Both the position numbers and the translations under genes were made by a program. DNA of 64,000 nt from positions 2,454,966 through 2,518,965 of the forward strand of contig CP070695.1 in the NCBI GenBank assembly GCA_020353515.1, read 5' to 3'. This DNA comes from Candidatus Heimdallarchaeota archaeon. Its GTDB lineage: Archaea; Asgardarchaeota; Heimdallarchaeia; Hodarchaeales; Hodarchaeaceae. Shown piece by piece: positions 10,062 to 19,680 of the stretch (position 1 is its first letter; each line of letters begins with the position of its first letter). Under the pieces are notes generated by a model. It was not told where the DNA came from, did no database searches, and was given only the letters and a program-made list of their open reading frames with translations.

Positions 10062-11234
10062 ATGATTCCAAATTTTACTTCGTTTCATATCATGGTTAAA
10101 CCCTATAGCTCAATTTGCAATCTAGAATGTCAATACTGTTATTATCTTTCCACGAAAAACCTGTATCCTAATAGTAATTGCAAAATGAACGATGAGACTT
10201 TAGAAAAATTTACTCAACAATATATTGCAGCTCAAGAAGTACCTGAAGTCACTTTCAGTTGGCAGGGGGGAGAACCAACCTTGATGGATGTTAAATTTTT
10301 TGAAAAAGCAATCCAATACCAAAAAATATTCAATAAACACGGGATAAAAGTCCAGAATACTTTACAAACCAATGGAACCTTACTCACAAAAGATTGGGCC
10401 CGCTTTTTCAAGAAACACAATTTTTTAATCGGAATTAGTATTGACGGTCCTTCGGATTTGCATGATGAGTATCGTGTTGATAACAAAGGAAACCCCACTT
10501 TTGATCAAGTAATATCTGGACTCGATAATCTCAAAAAATATAAAGTAGATTTCAATATTCTGACATGTGTCCACACCTCGAATGTAGATTATCCATTAGA
10601 TGTCTATCGATCCTTAAGAGATGAATTAGGAGGAGAATTTATCCAATTCATTCCTATAGTTGAAACTAATGGAAGTGGGAGTATTTCTGATTTTTCTGTT
10701 ACAGGACGACAATATGGCTCTTTCTTGCAAATAGTCTTTAAGGAATGGGTTAAACATGATGTGGGAAGGGTTTATGTTCAAATTTTTGAGGTAAGTTTGG
10801 CTGCGTGGTTAAACTTGCCACTAAATTTATGTATTCTAGCCCCTACCTGTGGAAATGCTTTAGCATTAGAACACAATGGAGATATTTATGCATGCGATCA
10901 CTTTGTTACACCACAATACTTTCGCGGCAATTTATTCTCACAATCTCTTAGAAATATTGTAAATTCACAAGAGCAAAAAGAATTTGGATTGAATAAATCT
11001 AAACTCCCTCTAGAATGTCAGCAATGCGAAGTGAGATATGTTTGTAATGGGGGATGCCCAAAAAATAGGTTAATCAAAACAGATGAAGAAGGTGTAGGAA
11101 TGAACTATTTATGTGAGGGTTATAAGATGTTTTTCTCCTTCATCGATCCTTATATGAAGTACATGGGAGATCAAATAAGGAGAAATAAACCTGCTGCTAA
11201 TATTATGGATCACTTAAGACATAACCCGTTTTGA
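10062..11234 (+). CDS. Anaerobic sulfatase maturase (radical SAM/SPASM)
   Basis: CNLECQYCYY, WQGGEPTL, SIDGP, and SPASM cysteines C..TCG...ACDH...CQQC....CNGGCPK...YLC. Confidence 0.95.
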   Translation: MIPNFTSFHIMVKPYSSICNLECQYCYYLSTKNLYPNSNCKMNDETLEKFTQQYIAAQEVPEVTFSWQGGEPTLMDVKFFEKAIQYQKIFNKHGIKVQNTLQTNGTLLTKDWARFFKKHNFLIGISIDGPSDLHDEYRVDNKGNPTFDQVISGLDNLKKYKVDFNILTCVHTSNVDYPLDVYRSLRDELGGEFIQFIPIVETNGSGSISDFSVTGRQYGSFLQIVFKEWVKHDVGRVYVQIFEVSLAAWLNLPLNLCILAPTCGNALALEHNGDIYACDHFVTPQYFRGNLFSQSLRNIVNSQEQKEFGLNKSKLPLECQQCEVRYVCNGGCPKNRLIKTDEEGVGMNYLCEGYKMFFSFIDPYMKYMGDQIRRNKPAANIMDHLRHNPF

Positions 11235-11264
11235 GAATTGTTATTAGTACTAGAGCTAAGAAAA

Positions 11265-12539
11265 ATGAGCAAAGAATCTGAATCCAAACCAAATTTTTTA
11301 TTTATCATCACTCATGATACTGGAGATCTTTTTGATTTTCATAGAAAAGGAGTAGAAACCCCAAACTTGAATCAATTAGCAGAGAATGGAATAGTTTTTA
11401 CAAATCATTTTTGTACCGCTCCACAATGTTCTCCTTCTCGGGGTAGTATTCTCACTGGGCAGATGCCTCATTCAAATGGATTAATGGGATTGACAAACTA
11501 TGGTTGGAACCTAGAATCAGAGCTCACAATACCGAAAGTTCTAGCTAAAAACGGCTATTCAACACATCTAATAGGATTACAGCACGAACATGAAAATGCA
11601 AGCGAGCTGGGTTACCAAAATATCTCTAACCGTAACATAATGCCGTGGATAGACAATGTTACTCCTCAAGTTGTCGAATTTCTAACAAGTACTAATCAAG
11701 GGAATATACAACAACCTTTCTATTGTGCTATTGGCCTTTTCGATACACATAGACCTTTTACTTTTCCTGATGACATTCCTCCAATCTCAATAAAAGATGT
11801 CCAAATTCCTGAATATTTACCAGACACACCCGAAGTAAGATCAGACATTTCAGACCTTCTTTCCTCAATTATTACAGTAGATCGAGGAATTGGTCGTATT
11901 GTTGAAACTTTAAGAAAATGTTCGTTTTATGAAAACACCGTGGTCATTTTCACAGTCGATCATGGGCCTGCGCTTCCACGGGCGAAATGTACTTTATATG
12001 ACCCTGGAATTAGAACTGCTCTTATTATCAATTGGCCAAGAAAGATTAAAGGAGGAAAAACACACAGAGAACTGCTATCTAACATTGATATATTCCCAAC
12101 AATTCTAGATTTATGTGGAATTTCGATTCCTGAACAAATCCAAGGACAAAGCTTCAGAAATCTCCTCCTGAATGAGAAATATGACGAGCAGAAATATATT
12201 TTTGCTGAATTGACTTACCATGATATTGGTTATAATCCTATAAGGGCAATTAGAACAAAAGAGTGGAAATATATCAAGAATTTTGCTCCTCTTGATTTTT
12301 TATTCGAAATTCCTGACGATGTCATTGAAAGTCCCACTACAAAGGCATGGTTATCAGAACATCCTGAGTATCACTCTCCAAGACCAATGGAAGAGCTTTA
12401 TGATCTCATAAACGATCCAATGGAACAGAATAATCTGGCTGAAGAATCTCAATATCAGACAACTAAACTTGAATTAGAAAAAGAACTTATGAACTGGCTA
12501 AAATTGACAAATGATCCAATCTTGAATGGAAATAAATAA
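11265..12539 (+). CDS. Cys-type sulfatase (N-sulfoglucosamine sulfohydrolase-like), no signal peptide
   Basis: CSPSRGSILTG formylglycine motif, PNFLFIITHD, DHG, ELYDLINDP. Confidence 0.92.
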   Translation: MSKESESKPNFLFIITHDTGDLFDFHRKGVETPNLNQLAENGIVFTNHFCTAPQCSPSRGSILTGQMPHSNGLMGLTNYGWNLESELTIPKVLAKNGYSTHLIGLQHEHENASELGYQNISNRNIMPWIDNVTPQVVEFLTSTNQGNIQQPFYCAIGLFDTHRPFTFPDDIPPISIKDVQIPEYLPDTPEVRSDISDLLSSIITVDRGIGRIVETLRKCSFYENTVVIFTVDHGPALPRAKCTLYDPGIRTALIINWPRKIKGGKTHRELLSNIDIFPTILDLCGISIPEQIQGQSFRNLLLNEKYDEQKYIFAELTYHDIGYNPIRAIRTKEWKYIKNFAPLDFLFEIPDDVIESPTTKAWLSEHPEYHSPRPMEELYDLINDPMEQNNLAEESQYQTTKLELEKELMNWLKLTNDPILNGNK

Positions 12540-12660
12540 ATTCTAATTCTAAAAGAATGAAGTCTAGAGAATAATTATCTGAAAAAAAATTCTGTTTTAG
12601 TTATCCTATGGTTTATAAGGCAAAAAACTATGATTACTTCAAATATAGGGATTAGAAAAA

Positions 12661-13134
12661 ATGCCTAATTTTGAACAATTTGAATATAAGAAAGGCACAA
12701 GAACACCTGTAAGAGCTAAAGATATTGAAGCTCAGCAACAATGGTTAGATGGTCAGCTCTATTATATTCAAAAGGTTGAAAATTATAATAGGTTAATTAA
12801 AAAGCTTTTTGTATGCAAAAAATGCGGAAAAAGGATCACAAATCCCCGCTGGGTTCACATGAATGATTCACATTCCCCCGATGACTTCCCTATAACACAT
12901 TACTATCATTCCAAACGCCAATGCAACCCCCACTTCGTCAGGGTCTGTCTTAATTGTGGTAAGGATTTTCGTATAAACCGAAAGAACCAGAAACTTTGTT
13001 CTAAAAAATGTTCGGTAAAATATATGACTAGTCCAATTCTTATAAAGCGTTGTTCGAGGTGTGGGAAGGAATTCAAAACTCGGATGATTGAGAACAAGCA
13101 GAACAATGAAAAGCATTGCCACGGATGTCGTTAA
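12661..13134 (+). CDS. Basic multi-zinc-finger protein
   Basis: CKKCGK, CLNCGKDF...LCSKKC, CSRCGKEF...CHGC. Confidence 0.7.
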   Translation: MPNFEQFEYKKGTRTPVRAKDIEAQQQWLDGQLYYIQKVENYNRLIKKLFVCKKCGKRITNPRWVHMNDSHSPDDFPITHYYHSKRQCNPHFVRVCLNCGKDFRINRKNQKLCSKKCSVKYMTSPILIKRCSRCGKEFKTRMIENKQNNEKHCHGCR

Positions 13135-13288
13135 TTTTACAGATTTTCAAAATGTCGTCTATGCCTCTTAATTGCCTTTTCTATTTGAATTCTTCCTTCT
13201 TCTGATAAGACATATTAAAAATCTTTTAGAAAAAATATTTAACAAAGAAGTTTTAATTCTATTTGTAATAGAATAGTGAGGAACTCTG

Positions 13289-14203
13289 ATGAACATAAAT
13301 ATTTCACTTTGTGGATTCAATTGCGGAATCTGTCCAGCTTTTAAACCAAACATCAAGTCAGAGAAAGATAGGTTAAAAGTTGATGAGGGATGGAAGAAAT
13401 TTCATAAAACCCAGGGTTGGGTATATAAAGAAGATTACTGTCATGGATGTTTCAATGTTCCAGAAACTCCTCTATGGAGTGGTTGCCCCATCAGAAAATG
13501 TGTTCTTACTAATAACGTTGAAAATTGCGGTTATTGTCCTGATTATCCGTGTCCACGGATCAAAAACATGATACATATCACTAAGAAGATAGCAGAGAGA
13601 ACAAAAAAAGAGGGAACACAAGAAGATTACCAAAAATTTGGGGCCCCTTTCTTAAGTGAATCAAAACTTGAGGAATTACATAAAGAATTCAAGAAAAAAA
13701 GGCAGGATATAGATACTCAACCATTGAATACTCATACAGTAGAATTTCCCCAAAATATTAATCAAGAATACGCCTCACAACCCGAAATACTTCAGGACTT
13801 ACATTCTACGCTCAAAAACATATTGTCATTGCATTGTAAAACACCTGGTGGTAAAGAGCAAGAATTAAAGAGGAATAAGGATGTTTTAAAATTCCTTTGG
13901 ATTTTTGGAAGATATGGAAATCTAAAAAATGATACAGATCAGCCTTTAATCGAGATCACTCCAAAAGAGCTGAAAAAATATCTCAAATACGGAAAATGGA
14001 GAACAAAAAGAAAACTAGAAGAGCTAGCAAGATATGGAATTGACGGTCACTACAGTCAAGACAAAGTTAGTATAAGGTTCACAAAGAAATTTCAACTCGC
14101 TTACTTACTCCAGAAATATGTACAGACTCTTCTCGAAAATAATAAGGAACGCAGTGCTTATTCAAAATTTTGGAAGGCTGATATGAACATTTTTCGAAAG
14201 TAG
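13289..14203 (+). CDS. DUF3795-domain (Cys-rich) protein
   Basis: CGFNCGICP, CHGC, CPIRKC, NCGYCPDYPC. Confidence 0.8.
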   Translation: MNINISLCGFNCGICPAFKPNIKSEKDRLKVDEGWKKFHKTQGWVYKEDYCHGCFNVPETPLWSGCPIRKCVLTNNVENCGYCPDYPCPRIKNMIHITKKIAERTKKEGTQEDYQKFGAPFLSESKLEELHKEFKKKRQDIDTQPLNTHTVEFPQNINQEYASQPEILQDLHSTLKNILSLHCKTPGGKEQELKRNKDVLKFLWIFGRYGNLKNDTDQPLIEITPKELKKYLKYGKWRTKRKLEELARYGIDGHYSQDKVSIRFTKKFQLAYLLQKYVQTLLENNKERSAYSKFWKADMNIFRK

Positions 14204-14315
14204 TCTTTCATTGACAATATAGGCATTAATTTCGAAAACCTCCGCCGATTACCTTAAAACGGATAGTAATTATTCCTATAAAAATTTTCTAAAAATGACA
14301 AAGGAATCGTAAAAA

Positions 14316-15725
14316 ATGAGCAGTACGAAAAATATGAATACTGAGAATGTAAGCACAAAAATAATGGCTTCTTATGGCTCAGGGAAATTTCTTACTGAAT
14401 TCATTATGCAAGCTTTTGGAGTCGTTGTTTTCAAATTTTATGAGACTGTAATATTCGAAGATGCTTATGCTTGGCTCCCTACTTTAGCTTTTGTGATTTA
14501 TTCTGTATATAATGCCTTCAATGATCCATTAATTGGATATATTACAGAAAAAAAGACGACACGATTTTCTGCAAAATATGGTAGACGGTTCCCGTGGATA
14601 TTCATTGGATCTCTTCTCTGGGTGTTCTCATATGTTCTTATTTTTGCGGTTCCAGGCGGGTTAACTAGTGATCCTTATATAACGTTCATTTGGATGGTTT
14701 TAACTGTTTGTTTGTTTGATACGCTTTATTCATTATGGGATGTAAATTATCAATCGATTTTTCCAGATAAGTTTCGATCTGAAAACGTCAGACAACGTAC
14801 AATTGCAGTAGGTACTGCAGTTGGAGTTGTAGGGATAGCTTTAGGCTTTTTAATTCCCTCTGGTCTAGCTGACATTAATGTCATTGAACCATACCTCATA
14901 AATTCTATCCTAATTGCGTCAGTCGCATTTTTTGTTGTGTTCATTTTGATCCCGGGAACAAGGGAAACACCAGAGATGATTGAGCGATATATTGAAGATC
15001 GAAAGAAGAAAGGGGAAGAATCGTTTTTCAGTGAATTAATCAACGCACTTAAAGAACGGAATTTTACAGCTTGGATTATTCTCTACTTCTTTTACCAGTC
15101 TGGTACAGTATCATTCACTGCAAGTATTCTTTACGTTGGTGACTACATTTTGCCAGAGGGAGAAGGAACAACTATTATCTTTGTAGGCTTGCTAGCAGGA
15201 GCCTTAATCGCTATACCTATTTGGCAACGTATTAATTCACGAGTGATACAAAATAATCAACGTACTTTGATGATTGCTGCTATTGTTATGGCACTTTTCA
15301 TTCTTCCAATTACATTACCTCAGATTAATAATTCCTTTGGATTTACTCTATTTGTATTCCTCGGAGGACTAGGTTTTGGGGGGTACTGGATGATTATGAC
15401 TCCAGCATTAGCAGATGTAATTGATGAAATTGTTGTAAAGACAGGAAAGCGAAATGATGGAATTTTCATGGGTTTTCGAGCCTTTTTTGGACGTTTCGCT
15501 TTTGCTGTCCAGGCAATCTCTTTTTGGCTTGTTCACGAAATCACTGGATTCAATGCTGATATTGAGACTCAATCAGAATCAGCAATCTTAGGAATACATA
15601 TCCACATGGCATTATTACCAGCGATTTTCCTTTTGATTGGAGTTTTCATATTTTGGAGACTGAATGACCTGAACTCAGAAAAAGTTGGAAGAATTAAGAC
15701 AGAATTAAAAGATTTAGGGCTGTAA
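14316..15725 (+). CDS. MFS transporter, GPH/MelB-like sugar:cation symporter
   Basis: NAFNDPLIG, KYGRRFPW, ADVIDE..VKTGKRNDG, about 12 TMs. Confidence 0.9.
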   Translation: MSSTKNMNTENVSTKIMASYGSGKFLTEFIMQAFGVVVFKFYETVIFEDAYAWLPTLAFVIYSVYNAFNDPLIGYITEKKTTRFSAKYGRRFPWIFIGSLLWVFSYVLIFAVPGGLTSDPYITFIWMVLTVCLFDTLYSLWDVNYQSIFPDKFRSENVRQRTIAVGTAVGVVGIALGFLIPSGLADINVIEPYLINSILIASVAFFVVFILIPGTRETPEMIERYIEDRKKKGEESFFSELINALKERNFTAWIILYFFYQSGTVSFTASILYVGDYILPEGEGTTIIFVGLLAGALIAIPIWQRINSRVIQNNQRTLMIAAIVMALFILPITLPQINNSFGFTLFVFLGGLGFGGYWMIMTPALADVIDEIVVKTGKRNDGIFMGFRAFFGRFAFAVQAISFWLVHEITGFNADIETQSESAILGIHIHMALLPAIFLLIGVFIFWRLNDLNSEKVGRIKTELKDLGL

Positions 15726-15768
15726 TCTCCAAACTCCATATTGATTAAAAGAGAAACGCTGATTACAT

Positions 15769-16449
15769 TTGAATATTCTAAAAACTTTAGCACGTAGTTT
15801 GACCATTCTTGGACCGATTTGCATAGCTATAGGATTCATAAGTATCTTCTTTTTACAGATTCATCTTGGAGAAATTACTCTACCTGGTTCCTTTCGCAGT
15901 GAAACATTTTATATGGAAAAAGGAAAATCCTATTCAATTAAAGCTTCAGGTACAAATTATCCTTTTGGATCCAGTGGTGGAGAAGTTACCTTTTTTTTAA
16001 CTGGTGGAATGCCAGTTCTCAGTTTTAATATCTATTTCTCTTTTGATGGTGATTCTACGTCCCAGGAGGTCATTATTGGTGATTTCACTGCTCCAGTTTC
16101 TGGAGATTATTACTTTCAATATGCTGAGGAATACAGTTCAATCCATAGACCTGTGAAGCTCATTGTTCAGGAATCATTAATTGAGCACTACATTGGATTT
16201 AATTCACTAGAAATTATGATTTTTGGAGTTATTCTGCTTATTGCAGGGTATATCTTACCTAAAGGGAGTGATTGGATAAACCGACGCATAGAAGCCCGTA
16301 GTACAGAGGAAAGACATGAATCAATTGAGATAGATGAAAGTTTTGACATCATAACTGAAGTAGGAGAGACTTCGTGTCCAAACTGTGGCTTTATTGATGA
16401 AGGAATTTATTGTAGCAATTGTGGATCTCGATTGAGAAATGACGGCTGA
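15769..16449 (+). CDS. Membrane protein with extracellular beta domain and C-terminal zinc ribbon
   Basis: Two TMs flank a beta-rich segment. C-terminus is CPNCG...YCSNCGS. Confidence 0.7.
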   Translation: MNILKTLARSLTILGPICIAIGFISIFFLQIHLGEITLPGSFRSETFYMEKGKSYSIKASGTNYPFGSSGGEVTFFLTGGMPVLSFNIYFSFDGDSTSQEVIIGDFTAPVSGDYYFQYAEEYSSIHRPVKLIVQESLIEHYIGFNSLEIMIFGVILLIAGYILPKGSDWINRRIEARSTEERHESIEIDESFDIITEVGETSCPNCGFIDEGIYCSNCGSRLRNDG

Positions 16450-16495
16450 ATCTTGGCTCAAATAGAGGAAGTACTTTCTTGAATAGACATAATAA

Positions 16496-17320
16496 TTATT
16501 CTTCATGCAGTTCTTCATGAAACTGTCCAAGAATCTCTTTAGGTAGAGCGTAGAATCCAGTCAATAAAATAGCTAAGGATACTAAATACATGTTAAACCA
16601 TATGAACCAGATATATTTTAGCTCTTCAAAGTGCCAAGGAGCCCAAGCAAGATAAGCTATTCCAAAAAGAATGAAACCAGCTGAAATAATCCTTGGTGAA
16701 TGTAATTCAGCGCCTTTTCCATAATTATACCATAATATTGCTAAAATAAAGGCCATTGGTACAAATACCCAATATAAAAAGCCATACATCGTCAATTCGA
16801 TGTCACGAAGGAGTATTAAGCCTACAATAAACCATAATTCTCCTAATAAAAAGATCAAAAGAGCAGCTAGATAAGTCAATCTAGGAGAATCTGTATAAAG
16901 CTTAGTTACACCAATCCACATACCCGCAACCCACAGAATCATTGGTGTTCTCCAAATTAGAAAAATCACTGGATCCGTCATGTCTGCAAATTCGAAACCC
17001 CAAGCCTGCAATAGCAAACCCAATAATGTAATTGAATAAATGAGAAATGAAGATCCCCATATGAGCTGAAAAGGAGCTTGTTCCAATGGTCTAGCTCTAG
17101 AAAAATAGCGAAATAGTAAATAGCCACCAATGATGAAAATGAGTATGAATCCTGAAAGTGAAGTCCCAAATAAATCGTAAGTAGTTTCTATCTCTGGTAC
17201 AGCAAAACCCTTTGGTTTAGCTACTACTATGAGAGTCGTAAATATGTATATAATTGCAACTATAACAATATATCCGCTATTGCGGGTTATATAATCAGTC
17301 ATTTCATCTTTTATTGACAT
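16496..17320 (-). CDS. 7-8 TM membrane protein (paralog of 18673..19470)
   Basis: Shares IWGxSFLxY, DxxxPxIFxIW, GxWIG, GExWFxxG and AYxxWxPW with the paralog. Confidence 0.8.
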   Translation of the reverse strand: MSIKDEMTDYITRNSGYIVIVAIIYIFTTLIVVAKPKGFAVPEIETTYDLFGTSLSGFILIFIIGGYLLFRYFSRARPLEQAPFQLIWGSSFLIYSITLLGLLLQAWGFEFADMTDPVIFLIWRTPMILWVAGMWIGVTKLYTDSPRLTYLAALLIFLLGELWFIVGLILLRDIELTMYGFLYWVFVPMAFILAILWYNYGKGAELHSPRIISAGFILFGIAYLAWAPWHFEELKYIWFIWFNMYLVSLAILLTGFYALPKEILGQFHEELHEE

Positions 17321-17459
17321 TGCACATCTACCTTGTATCAAATCGTGAACAGAGTTTTTGATGTAATATTCAATTTGATTATAAGAGTTTTCTCCTAAAT
17401 AACATAAATCACTTACAATTCTACTGGAGAGAGGTTAATACACATAAATTCCCAGCAAG

Positions 17460-17861
17460 ACTCTACTGCTTTAATGGCGTCCCTAATCTTCAAGAATTCG
17501 TCCTAGATAACTATCTGGGAAAGACATTCAATCTAACCCTGCTACAAAATTGTCCTGATTTAAAAAAATAAGTCTTTACAATGGCCACATTGATAAATTG
17601 GATCCCACCTCGCTAAAACATTGTCCTAGTTTACAGAAATTGACTCTACTACATAACCGCCTGAAGGAATTGGATCTCTCTCCTCTAGAAAACCATCCAT
17701 CCCTTGAGACAGTGAATTTATCAGGGAATAAATTTGAGAAAATTGACCTTACTCCCTTAATAAATTTCCCAAATCTAAAAGTTGTTAATTTAAAATACAA
17801 TTCATTAGAAATTCTTCCAACAGTAATCTTTAATCAGAAAGATCTAGAAATTATTCAATGA
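17460..17861 (+). pseudogene. Leucine-rich-repeat gene remnant
   Basis: LRR units (PNLQEFVL.., CPSLQKLTLLHNRL, PSLETVNLSGNKF). Frameshift at A7 run 17562-17568 and no in-frame start upstream. Confidence 0.7.
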
Positions 17862-17960
17862 GAATCCTCGTTTATTATTCCACTAAACAAAAAGTAGAAT
17901 TAAACTACTTTCTCCTATATGGCGCTCTTCAACTCTTTACCAGCATAACTAATTAGATTT

Positions 17961-18521
17961 TTAACCCTCTTGTCTTTCTGAGACAACAACCTTAAGAGCA
18001 TTCAAAAATTCTTCCTCCGTCTCTGGAAAATTCTGTTCAAAAAATGCTAGTGAGATCAAAGTTCTTGTACGTGCAACTCCTCCCATTTGTGATATCTTTA
18101 CTAAATTAACTCGAAGGGTATCAATGGTTCGAGTGCGCATTTTTACTAGTATATCTTCTTGGCCTGCCACATAGTGAATTTCTACAATCTCCAGTTCCTT
18201 CATTCTGGATAAAATTTGTGTATGAACGTCTAGTTGTCTATCATGATAGCTACCAAGTTCAATTAATGTTTGGAGTTCAATTAATATGAAAACTGTGATT
18301 TCTTTCCCTAATTTCTTATCATTTGCTAAAACAGCATATTTAATGACTCCATCACTCTCAAGTCTTTTAATTCGCTTCTGAACTGATTGTCTCGAGAGTT
18401 TTACCTTTCTTTTAGCTAGTTCGTCTACTATTCCTTTATGGGTAATTTTAGGTCTATTTTGTAGTATTTTTACGATGTCTCTATCTTTGAAATCAATAGT
18501 AATCTCGTTATCATAACTCAC
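17961..18521 (-). CDS. Lrp/AsnC family transcriptional regulator
   Basis: DRDIVKILQ...LSRQSVQKRIKRLESDGVI HTH and RAM domain VAGQEDILVK...TRTLI. Confidence 0.92.
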   Translation of the reverse strand: MSYDNEITIDFKDRDIVKILQNRPKITHKGIVDELAKRKVKLSRQSVQKRIKRLESDGVIKYAVLANDKKLGKEITVFILIELQTLIELGSYHDRQLDVHTQILSRMKELEIVEIHYVAGQEDILVKMRTRTIDTLRVNLVKISQMGGVARTRTLISLAFFEQNFPETEEEFLNALKVVVSERQEG

Positions 18522-18672
18522 ATTTTTTACCTCTACAGAATATATAAGTGCGCTTTAACTATTTAAGTCCAATTGTCCAAGGTTAAAATAAGGTGATTAA
18601 AGTTGCATTGGTGCTATATCAAGCTTTATATAAATAACACTGTGTCAGGTTACCCAGATAAGAGTTGATGAA

Positions 18673-19470
18673 ATGAAGACAAGAGATTTACACGAAAATC
18701 ATTATCAACAAATTGTTGAGTTTGGGCGCTCTCGTCCTTGGTTACCCTTAGTTGGAATAATATATGCTTCAGTGGCCGCAATCGTATTAACACAATATTC
18801 TTCCTTCTTTATTCCAGAGTTAAGCATTTCTACAGTTCAATTTTCGCTATCTCTAAGTGCTTTACTCATCTTATCAGCAATTGGTCTCTACTTACTCTCT
18901 AATAACTACCAAACTATTTGGGGATTATCATTCCTCCTATATGCATTTTCCTTTCTTGGACTTTGTTTGAGGATATTTGGTCTTCCTTTAACTGACATAA
19001 ACAATCCCCTAATTTTCCATATTTGGCTATTACCTATAATATTCTTCGCTTCTGGGGTGTGGATTGGTACTAGTAGGCTTTTCTCAGAAAATAACAAGTT
19101 AAATTATCTTCCTGCACTTTTAATTCTATTAGGTGGAGAAAGTTGGTTCCTAATTGGATTTTTCATATTAAAAGATGCCACACTGACGGTTTTTGTGCTA
19201 ATATATGGTTTATTTATACCAGTAGTCTTGTTTTTCACTTATAGCTGGTTTCGTTTAGCAAAAACCTCGATATTTGTTTCCCCCTGGTTTCTATCTCTTG
19301 GTTTTCTGTTGATGGCTATAGCGTACTTTTTCTGGAATCCTTGGATGTCTAGTGATCTCGATCAACTGTATGGTTTCTTTTTCGTAATTTTCAATGTCGC
19401 ACTTGGAATGATCTTAGGTGGATTTTTCATCTTATCAAGAGATTTGACAAAGTACCCAGAAACTTCTTAG
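18673..19470 (+). CDS. 7-8 TM membrane protein (paralog of 16496..17320)
   Basis: Same conserved Trp/Gly/Pro motifs as its paralog. Confidence 0.8.
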   Translation: MKTRDLHENHYQQIVEFGRSRPWLPLVGIIYASVAAIVLTQYSSFFIPELSISTVQFSLSLSALLILSAIGLYLLSNNYQTIWGLSFLLYAFSFLGLCLRIFGLPLTDINNPLIFHIWLLPIIFFASGVWIGTSRLFSENNKLNYLPALLILLGGESWFLIGFFILKDATLTVFVLIYGLFIPVVLFFTYSWFRLAKTSIFVSPWFLSLGFLLMAIAYFFWNPWMSSDLDQLYGFFFVIFNVALGMILGGFFILSRDLTKYPETS

Positions 19471-19680
19471 GTACACAGACTAGAGGATAATGTCTCTAGT
19501 CTAATTCTTTTTTCTTAAATTTTTATCTGATTATTTACGTTCTAGGATTTTTAGATGCTAGTTTATTTGATATATATTCTATTGATAGAGTATTTATTGC
19601 AGGAATAGGAAGTATCAAAATTAAACCATTTATGATGGGGAGAATAATTCTCATAAATGACAATTATTTGAGGATTATTC

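Noticed and set aside
16496-19470. Rhodopsin/heliorhodopsin identity for the multi-TM paralogs
   Set aside because: No retinal-binding Lys in the last helix and no RW/RY-x-E/D motif.
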